A stretch of DNA of 64,000 nucleotides from Minisyncoccota bacterium. GTDB taxonomy: Bacteria > Patescibacteriota > Minisyncoccia > Phycocordibacterales > SW-6-46-9. The translations under genes and the position numbers were made by a program. Of this stretch, positions 26,646 through 37,365 are shown one piece after another. The stretch is taken from NCBI GenBank assembly GCA_040905385.1, contig JBBDRP010000002.1:21337-85336 (forward strand), written 5' to 3'. The notes under the pieces were generated by a model. It did no database searches, was not told the DNA's origin, and saw only the letters and a list, made by a program, of their open reading frames with translations. Within the stretch, counting starts at the first letter, position 1; the number at the start of each line of letters is the position of its first letter.

Positions 26646-27713
26646 CTAGCTACCGCACCGCGTCCGCAACCCACAACTCGCGAACGGGTTATGCGCACCA
26701 CGAATCTCGAAGTGAAGGTGAGGACCGGTCGAGCGACCAGATGAGCCAATGTAGCCGATCACCTGACCGGCAACTACATTCTGACCACGAGACACAATAA
26801 TACTCGATAGATGAGAGTACAGCGTTCGGGTGCCATTTGGATGCTCGATAACAATGAACTTGCCATATCCACCATTCCAACCACTATTTACACTAGTAAT
26901 CACACGCCCAGAAGCAGCAGCAACAATAGAGGTACCACTCGGTGCCCCAAAGTCAACGGCGTTGTAGCCGTGCAGTCGCTGCGTCACCACCGAACCTGGT
27001 ACAGGATGGATGTAGTATCCGCTGGAAACAGCTGTTGTTTGTGTTGGTGTTACTGCACCACCACCGGCTACCTGCACGCTGCTTCGCGCCTGCGTTGGCT
27101 GCGTCTGTTCCGGCATCTCACCGCCTGGTACATCGATGATAGCACCAACCGACAACACATCATCTTCATCAAGCTGATTGTACTCACGAATATCATCCAC
27201 TGATACATCGTACCGATCAGCAATAGAGGAGATAGTATCGCCCTCCTCAGCTTCATGACGAACCCCAGATACCGGTAGAATTACCAGTACGTCACCCGGG
27301 CTGATGCTGCCGCCGGAAATATTGTTCGCCCACACAATGGTATCGACAGACACCCGGAACATCTCGGCCACCTCACTGAGAGTGTCGCCTTCACGCACTA
27401 CATAGATGCTAGCCTGCTTGCTGGAATTATAATGATGTGACTCGGCCAGCTCGTCACTTTGTGGACTCTGCGGTGCCACCACCGCTGCATCACCAATCAC
27501 CTCGATGGCTGGACCACCGGTTGCGTCAGAAAGACTAAACATCTCGCCAACCGGCTGCAGCGCCATCGTCTGGAGATTGCCATCAGACTGATTGCTGCCG
27601 ACGGTATGAGCAGAGGAAGGGGTGCCACCCAACGCCATGAGACCAACAGCAAAAGCGCCAATTGCCGCCAGGGCGATAATCGATAGTAGTGATCGGTATG
27701 TCTGCTGAGGCAA
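26646..27713 (-). CDS. LysM-domain M23 metallopeptidase
   Basis: YVVREGDTLSEVA LysM repeats, AVDFGAPSGT, GYGKFIVIEH, YSHLS, STGPHLHFE. Confidence 0.93.
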   Translation of the reverse strand: MPQQTYRSLLSIIALAAIGAFAVGLMALGGTPSSAHTVGSNQSDGNLQTMALQPVGEMFSLSDATGGPAIEVIGDAAVVAPQSPQSDELAESHHYNSSKQASIYVVREGDTLSEVAEMFRVSVDTIVWANNISGGSISPGDVLVILPVSGVRHEAEEGDTISSIADRYDVSVDDIREYNQLDEDDVLSVGAIIDVPGGEMPEQTQPTQARSSVQVAGGGAVTPTQTTAVSSGYYIHPVPGSVVTQRLHGYNAVDFGAPSGTSIVAAASGRVITSVNSGWNGGYGKFIVIEHPNGTRTLYSHLSSIIVSRGQNVVAGQVIGYIGSSGRSTGPHLHFEIRGAHNPFASCGLRTRCGS

Positions 27714-27885
27714 ATGATGTGGTTCCTCAGCGTTCTGTATAGATGGTTTAATAGGTCAGAATAAGTAAGCAGATTGGCGGTATTTTCAGGAATCGGTCAA
27801 TCACATTCGGGCTTTCGGGGGTCGGGACAGTAATGAGCTTATTACGTACACAAGGGTGATTATAGCTAGCTCATATTCGCTGTCA

Positions 27886-27992
27886 ACCCCGTTAGAAAAT
27901 TACTTTTTGTGTATAAGTTTATACCTATAGATAACCCAACAAACACCATTTTTTAATATATCAGAGCGTCGTCAGTAATTCTCTAACGGGGT
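27886..27992. mobile_element. MITE-like element with 19-bp terminal inverted repeats
   Basis: ACCCCGTTAGAAAATTACT ... AGTAATTCTCTAACGGGGT (18/19). GTCAA at both ends. Confidence 0.6.
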
Positions 27993-28206
27993 CAAGGAGT
28001 ATCTGTGGATTCAATATCCGCCGGATATTTTCGAAAAAATACTGAAGTGGGGGTATAAGACTGGCGCCACGTTAGAAGTGGTGCCAGTCGGCTTACCGGA
28101 GTAAAGATTTCTTATCTAGCGAAACATTAATTACTCCAACGACTCAAGTCGGTAACTATTTTCGTGCATTAAAAGACTCCATAGATGATAAGTGTTACAG
28201 TAGTCC

Positions 28207-30120
28207 GTGATGCATGACTTTCTCAATGAACTAAACGAAGCCCAGCACGCCGCCGTCACCCACACCGGCGGACCCTTGAAGGTGATTGCTGGCGCTGGCA
28301 CCGGCAAGACTCGCGTCATCACCCGACGCATTGCCTACCTGATTCATGAAAAGGGGGTAGATCCAAGCCAAATTCTAGCCATCACCTTTACCAACAAGGC
28401 AGCGGCCGAGATGAAGGAGCGCATTGCTAAATTAACCGACGCAGACAACAGCCCAACTATCTCAACCTTCCACGCCCTCGGTGCCCGACTACTGCGCCAG
28501 TACGGGCCGAAGCTCGGGATTGATGCCGGCTTTACGATTCGTGACCAGGGGCAAAGCCAGACCATGCTGAAAAACCTTATCAAGGAGGCTGGTTACGACC
28601 CCAAGCAGTGGAAGCCCAAAAGCATCGGGCGGGCGATCGGTAACCTTAAAAGCGAGGGAATGGATGCCAGCGACTTTGATCCTGGACCAACGCAGGCCGG
28701 TACCAAACTGATCGTTTCCGAGATCTGGCCCCGGTATGAGGACCAGCTACGCGCCGAGAATGCACTTGATTTTAATGATCTTATTCTGCGTCCGTATCAG
28801 CTGCTGCGGGATCATCCAGAGGTGCGAGAGCGACTCCAGCGGCAGTGGCGGCACATTCATGTTGACGAGTATCAGGACACCAGTCGCCTCCAGTACAAGC
28901 TAGTCAAGCTCTTGGCCGGGGACGTCTCGGATGTGTTTGTTGTTGGCGACGGCGACCAGACGATCTACACCTGGCGCGGAGCCACGCTCGATAATATTCT
29001 GTCCTTTGAGGAGGACTTTGTGGGCGCCGAGACGGTAACCCTGTCGGAAAACTACCGCTCGACTAAACGAATCCTGCAGGCGGCCAATGACGTTATCAAG
29101 AAGAACCAGCAGCGCGAAGACAAGGAGCTCGTAACAGGCAACAGCGACGGCGAGAAGCTGCGGCTCGTAACGGCCTACAACGAGAAAGCCGAGGCAGAAG
29201 CTATGGCCGAAACCTTCGCCCAGTATGCCCGCAGCGGTGGTGATCTGGCCGACTGGGCCGTACTGTACCGAACCAACTTCCAGTCGCGTATTATCGAAGA
29301 AACGCTGAATCGGGCCGGGATTAGCTATCAGATTACAGGTACCGGCTTCTTCCAGCGAGCCGAGGTGCGAGATGTACTGGCGTATGTGACCTTTGCGCTG
29401 AATCGTGAGTCCACCACGGATATGCGGCGGATCATCAACACCCCACGGCGAGGAATTGGTAAAAAAACCGTTGAGAAAATCCTGAACGGCCAGCTGGAGG
29501 AGCTATCCGCAAACCGACGCGAAGCGGTGGATGACTTCTTCTCGCTGATGGATACCCTGCAGACAGACATCGCCAACAACCCGCCGAGCGAAGCGATTGA
29601 GCTCATACTAAAAAAGACCGGTCTCCAGAGTGAGCTTGCTAAGAAAAAAGAGGACGAGGAGCGGCTGGAGAACGTCTACGAGCTCGTCTCTGTAGCCGCC
29701 GAGTATGACGCCGAGTACACGAGTAGCGAATCAGCCATGCGAGATTTTTTGGAGAATGCCACGCTCGCCAGCGACCAGGACAACGTCTCAGAAACCGGCG
29801 TGCAGTTGATGACGGTGCACGCCGCCAAGGGGCTGGAGTTCCCCAACGTATGGATCTGTGGGATGGAGGAGGACCTGTTTCCTCGCAACAAAGACGGCGA
29901 TCGTGAGCGGGCCGAGGAGGAGCGGCGACTTTTTTACGTGGCCTTAACGCGGGCTCAAAAGCAGATCGTACTTTCTTACGCCCAGTCACGGCGACTTTTT
30001 GGTGATCGTGAGTGGAAGACACCGAGCCCATTTCTAGAGGACATAAATAACGAACTCATCCAGCCGGACGAGGATCAAAAAAATTTTGGTGATGATGAGG
30101 ACGTGGTGTTCTTTGAATGA
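28207..30120 (+). CDS. pcrA: UvrD/PcrA ATP-dependent DNA helicase
   Basis: AGAGTGKT, TFTNKAA, VDEYQDT, VGDGDQTIY, ENYRS, MTVHAAKGLEF, EERRLFYVALTRA. Confidence 0.96.
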   Translation: MMHDFLNELNEAQHAAVTHTGGPLKVIAGAGTGKTRVITRRIAYLIHEKGVDPSQILAITFTNKAAAEMKERIAKLTDADNSPTISTFHALGARLLRQYGPKLGIDAGFTIRDQGQSQTMLKNLIKEAGYDPKQWKPKSIGRAIGNLKSEGMDASDFDPGPTQAGTKLIVSEIWPRYEDQLRAENALDFNDLILRPYQLLRDHPEVRERLQRQWRHIHVDEYQDTSRLQYKLVKLLAGDVSDVFVVGDGDQTIYTWRGATLDNILSFEEDFVGAETVTLSENYRSTKRILQAANDVIKKNQQREDKELVTGNSDGEKLRLVTAYNEKAEAEAMAETFAQYARSGGDLADWAVLYRTNFQSRIIEETLNRAGISYQITGTGFFQRAEVRDVLAYVTFALNRESTTDMRRIINTPRRGIGKKTVEKILNGQLEELSANRREAVDDFFSLMDTLQTDIANNPPSEAIELILKKTGLQSELAKKKEDEERLENVYELVSVAAEYDAEYTSSESAMRDFLENATLASDQDNVSETGVQLMTVHAAKGLEFPNVWICGMEEDLFPRNKDGDRERAEEERRLFYVALTRAQKQIVLSYAQSRRLFGDREWKTPSPFLEDINNELIQPDEDQKNFGDDEDVVFFE

Positions 30121-30216
30121 GCACCCGACATCTTTTATTTTGCTTTAGCAGAATAAAAGAACGGTTGTGCGAATTTATGTCTGAATATTGTCATTAATAT
30201 GACAATATTCCTAGAC
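30116..30216 (+). repeat. Dispersed two-stem repeat, family D, copy 2 (overlaps pcrA stop)
   Basis: Same scaffold as 1904 with compensatory stem changes. Confidence 0.9.
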
Positions 30217-30344
30217 GGATTAGTCTACGATGTCTTTTTAGTCAATATTACAACTATAAATATAAGGTTTTAGGGGTCAGCGAAATCAAATGACTCAGGT
30301 CGGCACAAATATGCGATAATCACCGTACGTAATAGATAATATTT

Positions 30345-31139
30345 ATGGGAGAAAACCTCGGACAGCATTTTTTAAAGGATGAAGCAGCGCTGGCGGCTAT
30401 TGTGGCCGCCGGAAAGCTTTCGCCTACAGATACCGTTCTAGAGGTCGGGCCGGGGGAGGGGGCGCTGACGACACCATTGCTGGAGACCGGCGCAAAGGTA
30501 GTAGCAGTCGAAAAAGACCCAGCGCTGGTCGAGAAACTGCAGGAAACCTTCGCAGAAGAGATCGAGAGCGGAGAGCTGAAGGTGATTCAGGCAGATATTC
30601 GCGACCTGGATCCCGAAGAGCTTTTTGCCAACCAGCCGTACAAAGTAATTGCCAATATTCCGTACTACCTAACCGGCCAGCTGATCGAGGAGACCCTCGC
30701 CAGCCCCCATCAGCCAGAAAAAGTGGTGCTTTTAGTACAAAAAGAGGTGGCCGAACGCATCATTGCCGCCGGTGGCAAGGAAAGCATTCTGTCGCTGTCT
30801 GTGAAGGTATTTGGTACGCCCCGAATTGTCCAAGTTGTGCCACGAGATTGCTTTGACCCACCACCAAAGGTTGACTCCGCGATCCTTGAAATCAGCGCTA
30901 TTTCACGGGACTTTTTTACCAATATCTCTGAAGAAGACTTCTTTTCACTGATAAAACGCGGCTTCGGACAGAAGCGCAAAACGCTGGCCAATAACCTGGA
31001 CACCGACCCGCGATTTGAGAAGGATCAGACCAAAAAAGCCCTAGAAAAGTGCGGGTTAAAGGCCAACATCCGGGCTGAGCGACTAACGACCGATGACTGG
31101 AAGCGCCTGAAGCAGGAGTTATCCACAAGCCATGTCTAG
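30345..31139 (+). CDS. rsmA: 16S rRNA dimethyladenosine transferase
   Basis: LGQHFL, LEVGPGEGALT, ANIPYYLT, QKEVAER, PPPKVDS. Confidence 0.96.
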   Translation: MGENLGQHFLKDEAALAAIVAAGKLSPTDTVLEVGPGEGALTTPLLETGAKVVAVEKDPALVEKLQETFAEEIESGELKVIQADIRDLDPEELFANQPYKVIANIPYYLTGQLIEETLASPHQPEKVVLLVQKEVAERIIAAGGKESILSLSVKVFGTPRIVQVVPRDCFDPPPKVDSAILEISAISRDFFTNISEEDFFSLIKRGFGQKRKTLANNLDTDPRFEKDQTKKALEKCGLKANIRAERLTTDDWKRLKQELSTSHV

Positions 31140-31169
31140 CATCAGATTTGCTTTGCTATTATATACTTA

Positions 31170-31988
31170 GTGAACTCGTCCTATCTACCATCAAAAAAGG
31201 TCTGGATTCTTCTCAGCGTTATTTTGGTAATTACCGTTGGTTTTTTCGTACTTCGTGGTGATGAAAATAATCCATCTATTGTTTCTCAAATAAACGCACG
31301 TATTAGTGGAAATGATATTGAAGGTTCCGGCTTTCTTGGCTTTGGTAGTGACTCTCGTGATACTGAGCGAGCAGAATTTTCCAGCAATAAAACTACCGAG
31401 GCCTGGCAGGATCTCTTTCCGTATATGGCGTCTTACGTATCAGTAAGTGGTGATAAGGAAATCGCCGAAGGTGAGCTAGACCGACTCACCGAAGAGGTGG
31501 CACAAAAAATTCAGGATGAGGAGGTTGAGCTCTACACTGAGTCTGATGTACAGATTATCTCTAACGCTAGCTTTGACGATCTTGATACTTATTTTGAGGA
31601 TATGGTTACGTTCACGGCTGAGTACTACACCAATACCAGCATGGAAGACGAGCTTTTAATATTTGCCCAGGCCTCAGCTGACAATGAAGCTACAGAGGAT
31701 GAACTCAAGGAGCTTAGAGTAATTGCTGATCAATACAAGGCACTGGCCAGTGAGCTGATCCAGCTACCTGTACCGGCTTCTCTGGCCTTGATTCATCTCG
31801 AGATGGTCAACAACTACGTTGGCCTCGGAAATGCTACACGTAATATGTCAACACTACAGACCGATCCCGTTCGCTCGATGGTGGGGCTCGAGAATTACCA
31901 GCAGCTGGCCAATGAGCAAATAATCATCAGTGAAGAGCTCGGTAGGCAGATTGGTCGCCAGGCGCGATTATTAGCCGAATCAGAATAA
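31170..31988 (+). CDS. Membrane-anchored protein, first gene of the CPR T4SS-like cluster
   Basis: N-terminal TM, helical acidic body. Confidence 0.7.
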   Translation: MNSSYLPSKKVWILLSVILVITVGFFVLRGDENNPSIVSQINARISGNDIEGSGFLGFGSDSRDTERAEFSSNKTTEAWQDLFPYMASYVSVSGDKEIAEGELDRLTEEVAQKIQDEEVELYTESDVQIISNASFDDLDTYFEDMVTFTAEYYTNTSMEDELLIFAQASADNEATEDELKELRVIADQYKALASELIQLPVPASLALIHLEMVNNYVGLGNATRNMSTLQTDPVRSMVGLENYQQLANEQIIISEELGRQIGRQARLLAESE

Positions 31989-31994
31989 TATATT

Positions 31995-34900
31995 ATGCAA
32001 TTTTCAATACTTCAAAAAATCGTTTCAGTCACTATGACAGTAATGTTTATTCTGACCTCTGCCGGATTCGGTATGATGACACCGCGCCAGGCCCAGGCGC
32101 AGGGCATTGTTGATTTTGTAGTTCGCGGTGGGCAAGTACTGGACGGATGTGAGGGTATCACCGGGTCACGCTATCAGGCGATCGCTTCACAGCTGGGTAT
32201 TGATTTAGAAGGTGGAGTCCGAGCTGGTCTTTCTGACCTTGGAAGTAGATTACAAGATCCTGCAAGTGATCTGGGAGGTAGTATTCTTGACGGCCTTTCA
32301 AGTATTGGTGGACAGCTGTCTGACTCTGCTATTGGAGATGCTATTGGATCGCTTGGAAGTACTCTAGGAGATGCTTTTGGCAGTGCGGGAAGCGGAATTG
32401 GAAACGCGATTGGTAGTGTGGCCGGAATACTAGGAGGGCCTGTTGGAGGAATCTTGGGGAGTGTCGTAGGTGGTCTCTTTGGTGGGGGTGGTCCAGATAA
32501 AGTCGTAGAGGAGGGTTTGCGTAAAATTATTCAGCAAGGGCAGCGAATCACTCAGTTTAATCAGTCAAAAATTATTGAAAAGGAGCGTTGTCTTGACTCC
32601 TTGGCTCGCGAGGCTGGTCAGGCCGCTCTGCGTGACTTTACCAACGCCTCAGTCGACTGGCTTAATACAGGGTTCGAACGTGGTGGAGAAACGGGAAATC
32701 AGGCCTTTGTTCAGGATCTAAGCCTCTTTGTTGCTGAGGTGTCCGACAACGAGCTAAGGGAATTTACTGAAGAAGCCGAAAATGAAGGAGGTGGGTTTGC
32801 AAATACGTGCGGCTCCTTTGGACAGTCAGTATTCAGTACCGTAATCAATAATTACTTCCAGGGTACTCCAGAAAGCGGGGTTGATCCAGGTACCGTCAGA
32901 AGTACCATTGTTGCCGATGGTAACTGTCTGGCCTCCGATGCGTTCCTCCGCGGTGATTTCTCTGAAGGTGGCTGGAGTGCACTAGCCCAAAGTGTTTCCA
33001 ATAGCGGGTCCAACCCAATTGGTGCGTATCTTGAACAAAGTAATTCTTTGGATGAACGTATTCGAGAACGTGAGGAGAATGAGCGCGAAGAGCTGCAGTG
33101 GGGACAGGGATTTCTGGCTAATGAAAGTGGTGGATTTACCCCGGCCAGTGTTGTAAACGGTATCAGTAACAGACTTTTCGAAAGTGATTTTAACCGACTC
33201 GAACTCATTGATGAAATGAATGAGGTAGCTGGAAGCTTTGCTAGCTCACTGATCGGAAAGGTAACTGGGTTATCTGATGGAGGCGGTAATGATCCAGAAA
33301 GCGGAACTGGTTTATCGACGCTTGATGGAAGCAATACCGTTGGAGGAGACCAGGCAAGTCCATTTGGCTACCTGGCTGAATCATTATTAAATCGAGTTGA
33401 GGAGCAAGTCGCCATCGAAGAGGATGTCCAGCTAGCAATGGAGGATGTACTACCGTTATATCTGGATGATCGCATTGATCCACTAATAAGTGACGTGCGT
33501 AGTTGTCTAGAAACAGCCGACTTCACCAGTCAGAACATTACTGAGGTACTAAGCAGTGTAATCAATAACAAAGAGCGCTTTGAGAATAATGTACTCCGGA
33601 CACGAGTTCGGATCGACTGGCGTGGCGAGGACCTCTTCTGGCAGGGTGTGATTCGTGAACAGTCACGTAAAATGATCGGCTGGAACGGTACCGATTACAA
33701 CTGGCGTGATGACGGTGTTGAAAGCTACGCGAGACAAGGATTTTCAAATTTATGTGAAACTGATGGAGACTACGGAAATGCCCAGTATGTAATCCGGCAA
33801 GAAATCATCCCCGATCCAGAGAGGACGTTCAGTGGAGCTTTCTTTAGTCTCGAACAAGATGATGCTATTCGTTGGGAGGAGGGTAATTATGAATCTGGTT
33901 TAGATAGTGAAGGAGGAGTGTTGTATTTTGGAAGCCAGTGGATAGGAAGCGGTACGTACGAGAGTCTCGTCGGAAAGAATAATCATCGAACTCCAATATT
34001 CAATGCAGATGACGGCGGTTCTTTCTTTGACTGGCAAGATCTAGTTACGGGACAAACTCCAGCAGCCGTAAATCATAGTAAACCACCACGTGTTCATACT
34101 GTATGGGAAAAGCAGATATGTAGAGATAGTGAATGGCACGCGCAAATAACTAATATGGACCTCGATTTTCCGGATACTCCGGCCGGGCAACGAGATGCCC
34201 AGAACGCCCAGTGTGATCTGATCGGTGAACTTGAGTTTTGTATTTATCCTGCCTACAGATCGCCACGGCTAATCGCTGGAGAGATGTACCAACGAAATGT
34301 TGACGGCGGGGTAGAAGCCTCACAATGTCAATCACGAAGCGACGCTGGTACCCATTACTTTGTTCGCAGCGGTGATGGTGTCTGGAGCACGCGCCAGTGT
34401 AACACTCGCCAATCTCCACAAGGATCTGCTGTGGAGTGGGAAAGTGGTTTCCCTGACTCTACCGTACAAACCGACCGACCGGCGTATGAGACTCGAGATA
34501 CTGATACACCATTAGAAGATCAGCGAGATCTTCTTGTGAGACTCAAAGAGATACAGGCAGAACTTGAGGAAATGGTCGGAAATGATGACACCTCCGACTT
34601 CCAGAAGGTACAAGCAGATTTTTATGCCTTGGAAGATCAATTCAATAACGGTAATACCGCAGATAATCTTCTCAACAATGCCCGTACTTTTGTTGAAAAC
34701 GTTCGTTTGCTCAATGAAGCCCTCCTTGAAACTGATGAGTGTGAGGGTGGCAGCGATGACCTACGACAGTTCGGGACCGGTTTCCTGAATGACAATCCAG
34801 AAAGCGGAAATGATGGAGGAGGAGCACCTGGCCCTCTATCAATTGAATCTTTTGAAGCTAACCGATTATACGAATCTAGTACGTATGTGAGAGTTAGCTG

Positions 34901-35123
34901 GGAATCAAATGCTGAAAGTTGTACTGCTTCGGCCAACCCGAGTAATGCTGTCTGGCAGGGAGAAATAGGTCCAGATGGAGAGACTGCCCTGAACATTTTT
35001 GGAGGTAGTATACTCTCACTAACTTGTGAACGAGAGGGGGAGACAGATGTAAGTAGTAGTGTTGAAGTATTTCCACTGCAAGAACGTGGACGATTAGATC
35101 CACTAGATCCTCAGCTACAGTAG
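31995..35123 (+). CDS. Large secreted/surface protein with glycine-zipper region
   Basis: Signal peptide ..AQAQ, Gly-rich GxxxG tract, Cys pairs, C-terminal Ig-like strand pattern. Confidence 0.75.
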   Translation: MQFSILQKIVSVTMTVMFILTSAGFGMMTPRQAQAQGIVDFVVRGGQVLDGCEGITGSRYQAIASQLGIDLEGGVRAGLSDLGSRLQDPASDLGGSILDGLSSIGGQLSDSAIGDAIGSLGSTLGDAFGSAGSGIGNAIGSVAGILGGPVGGILGSVVGGLFGGGGPDKVVEEGLRKIIQQGQRITQFNQSKIIEKERCLDSLAREAGQAALRDFTNASVDWLNTGFERGGETGNQAFVQDLSLFVAEVSDNELREFTEEAENEGGGFANTCGSFGQSVFSTVINNYFQGTPESGVDPGTVRSTIVADGNCLASDAFLRGDFSEGGWSALAQSVSNSGSNPIGAYLEQSNSLDERIREREENEREELQWGQGFLANESGGFTPASVVNGISNRLFESDFNRLELIDEMNEVAGSFASSLIGKVTGLSDGGGNDPESGTGLSTLDGSNTVGGDQASPFGYLAESLLNRVEEQVAIEEDVQLAMEDVLPLYLDDRIDPLISDVRSCLETADFTSQNITEVLSSVINNKERFENNVLRTRVRIDWRGEDLFWQGVIREQSRKMIGWNGTDYNWRDDGVESYARQGFSNLCETDGDYGNAQYVIRQEIIPDPERTFSGAFFSLEQDDAIRWEEGNYESGLDSEGGVLYFGSQWIGSGTYESLVGKNNHRTPIFNADDGGSFFDWQDLVTGQTPAAVNHSKPPRVHTVWEKQICRDSEWHAQITNMDLDFPDTPAGQRDAQNAQCDLIGELEFCIYPAYRSPRLIAGEMYQRNVDGGVEASQCQSRSDAGTHYFVRSGDGVWSTRQCNTRQSPQGSAVEWESGFPDSTVQTDRPAYETRDTDTPLEDQRDLLVRLKEIQAELEEMVGNDDTSDFQKVQADFYALEDQFNNGNTADNLLNNARTFVENVRLLNEALLETDECEGGSDDLRQFGTGFLNDNPESGNDGGGAPGPLSIESFEANRLYESSTYVRVSWESNAESCTASANPSNAVWQGEIGPDGETALNIFGGSILSLTCEREGETDVSSSVEVFPLQERGRLDPLDPQLQ

Positions 35124-35233
35124 TTTCTCTAGTAAAAACGATCTGGTAAGAAAATCATTCGTGATGAATGCTGTATGGAGGGTATAATAAACGCGTGAAT
35201 GTCTGCAGTAACCTTGTTATACATAGATAATAT

Positions 35234-37363
35234 ATGGGATTTCTTGATATAACCGTAGGTTGGTTTTTTGCTGAGACCGCTCAGATATTTTTCAATGCGG
35301 TTGCCTGGATTGTTGCCCAGATTGGATATCTCCTGGACTATACTGTTGAAAAGATGGTGCTCGAGATGGCAGAACTGGTAAATGGCATCACAGCAATTGA
35401 CGCACTGTGGTCAACCTTTCGTGATCTGGGAAACATTGTTTTTATTGGGGTGCTCCTCTACATTGCCATTCGTACAATCTTGAATGTTGGAAATAGTTTT
35501 AATACGAAACGCATCCTGGTTCGGCTAGTTATTGTCGCCTTATTTGTTAACTTCAGCCTGTTTGCTAGCAAGGTGGTTATTGATACATCAAACGTCGTTG
35601 CACTACAGTTTTACAACAGTATTCAGGTGGAGGAATGTGGTGAATCGGCCTGTAACATATCGCACTTTTTTGCCGATGTAACCAATATCTCCTCAGTACA
35701 AAGTCCCGAAGCCCTCGAGGCGCTTGAAAACGAAGGTTCCGAAGAAGGGGCCAACTTCAAGATTTTAATTGCTCGGGTTATGGGAATCGTATTCCTGGCA
35801 GTAGTAGGGTTCGTGATGGCGGCAATGGCATTTCTTTTACTTATACGCTTTGGTTTTTTGATACTGCTTATGATCGCTTCGCCGTTGGCTTTTATTGCTT
35901 TTGTTCTGCCTGGAACTTCCGACATGGGACAGAAGTGGCTACACAACCTCTTTAACCAATCATTTTTTGCCCCGATTTTATTTGCCATGGTCTACGTTGT
36001 GGCGGTACTTGGAGCGGAGCTGGCTAATGGTCTTGGTGGCAATGGTGATCTCATGGCCGCCATCTTGGATCCTGACGGGGACAACTACGGTGTTATCCTG
36101 ACATTTGCGCTGATGACCTTCCTGATGGCTTACACGCTCGTGGTTGCCAAGCAGATGGGTGGGTGGGTGACTCAAAAAAGTATGCAAGTTGGGGTAAAGG
36201 CCCGTAACTGGACTGGTGCTAAAGTTGTTGGTGCTACCGCTGCTGGTGTACGAGCAACCGCTGGACGTGGAGGGCAGAAAGCTTCAGAATCAAGAGGGTT
36301 AAAAGATGCAGCAAGTGATGAGAATAGAAATGCAGTGACTAGATTCGGGGCGCGCGCAGCACTCAAATTATCTGACAAAGCTGCTAATAGCAGTTTTGAT
36401 ATGCGTAATACCCGAGCCGGAAAAGCAGCCGGGGTTGATGATGGCAAGCAACGCAGCAGCGGCTTCCGTCAGGTGGTAGAAGAAAAGGCAGAGAAGCGCA
36501 AAGAAGAGAAGGGAATGATCGAGAGACTGTCACCGGAAGAAAAGGCTAAAGTTGAGCGGGCAAAGATAAAACAAGAACAGGCGGACAAGAGTCTGGAAAA
36601 GGCAGAGAAAGAAATAAAAAAGCTAGAAAAGGAAGCAAAAACCAGGTATGAGGATGCAAAAGAAAACGCTCAGGCTCAGTATGATAGAGTTAAAAATACT
36701 GTCGAGGAGGCGCAGCAGCAGACAAATAATGAACTTACTGATGTCACGAATAACCTCAAACAGGTGTCGTCAGCCATCAAAAAACGTGCTGAACTCGGTG
36801 ATAAACTAGCGGCAGCTCGTAGCTCTGGAGATAGACGTCTGGAAGAACGCATAGCAGCTCGCCTTAACGCACTCACAGATGATATTGATGGCGTTTCGAA
36901 CCTTGAGGATCTAGATACAAAGCAGAACGATTTGCAAGACCGAAAAAGTGATCTCGAGAGTCGCAAAGAAACCCTGCAAAGACGCCGTAATACTGTCCAG
37001 AACGCCTACAACGACCGAAAATCGCAAGCACGGAATGTCTACACTGATGAGCGCGATGAACTTAAGACCAAACGAGAAGTCGCAAAGGAATCAACTAAAA
37101 AATTCAAAAAGAAGATGGATAATGTTATTAATGTTGGAAACAAGCGTGGTGAGGGGTTCGTAGAAACCATGCTTGAACAGCAGAGTACGCTGGACAAGAT
37201 AGCTGGCTTCGCCGGGTATAAATTTGACACTACGCAAAGTCGGGCAAATCGCGACTTTGCTCTGGAAAATATTGGTGATATCAAGAGTAAAGACGAGGAC
37301 AGTGCCGGCAGAACAGCGAAAGACCGTGCCTCTAGTAAGCTCCGTAACATATATAACACCTAA
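35234..37363 (+). CDS. VirB6/TrbL-like polytopic membrane protein with long coiled-coil tail
   Basis: RDLGNIVFI, ALFVNFS, R...L..L...SPLAF....LP motifs, multiple TMs. Confidence 0.7.
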   Translation: MGFLDITVGWFFAETAQIFFNAVAWIVAQIGYLLDYTVEKMVLEMAELVNGITAIDALWSTFRDLGNIVFIGVLLYIAIRTILNVGNSFNTKRILVRLVIVALFVNFSLFASKVVIDTSNVVALQFYNSIQVEECGESACNISHFFADVTNISSVQSPEALEALENEGSEEGANFKILIARVMGIVFLAVVGFVMAAMAFLLLIRFGFLILLMIASPLAFIAFVLPGTSDMGQKWLHNLFNQSFFAPILFAMVYVVAVLGAELANGLGGNGDLMAAILDPDGDNYGVILTFALMTFLMAYTLVVAKQMGGWVTQKSMQVGVKARNWTGAKVVGATAAGVRATAGRGGQKASESRGLKDAASDENRNAVTRFGARAALKLSDKAANSSFDMRNTRAGKAAGVDDGKQRSSGFRQVVEEKAEKRKEEKGMIERLSPEEKAKVERAKIKQEQADKSLEKAEKEIKKLEKEAKTRYEDAKENAQAQYDRVKNTVEEAQQQTNNELTDVTNNLKQVSSAIKKRAELGDKLAAARSSGDRRLEERIAARLNALTDDIDGVSNLEDLDTKQNDLQDRKSDLESRKETLQRRRNTVQNAYNDRKSQARNVYTDERDELKTKREVAKESTKKFKKKMDNVINVGNKRGEGFVETMLEQQSTLDKIAGFAGYKFDTTQSRANRDFALENIGDIKSKDEDSAGRTAKDRASSKLRNIYNT

Positions 37364-37365
37364 TC

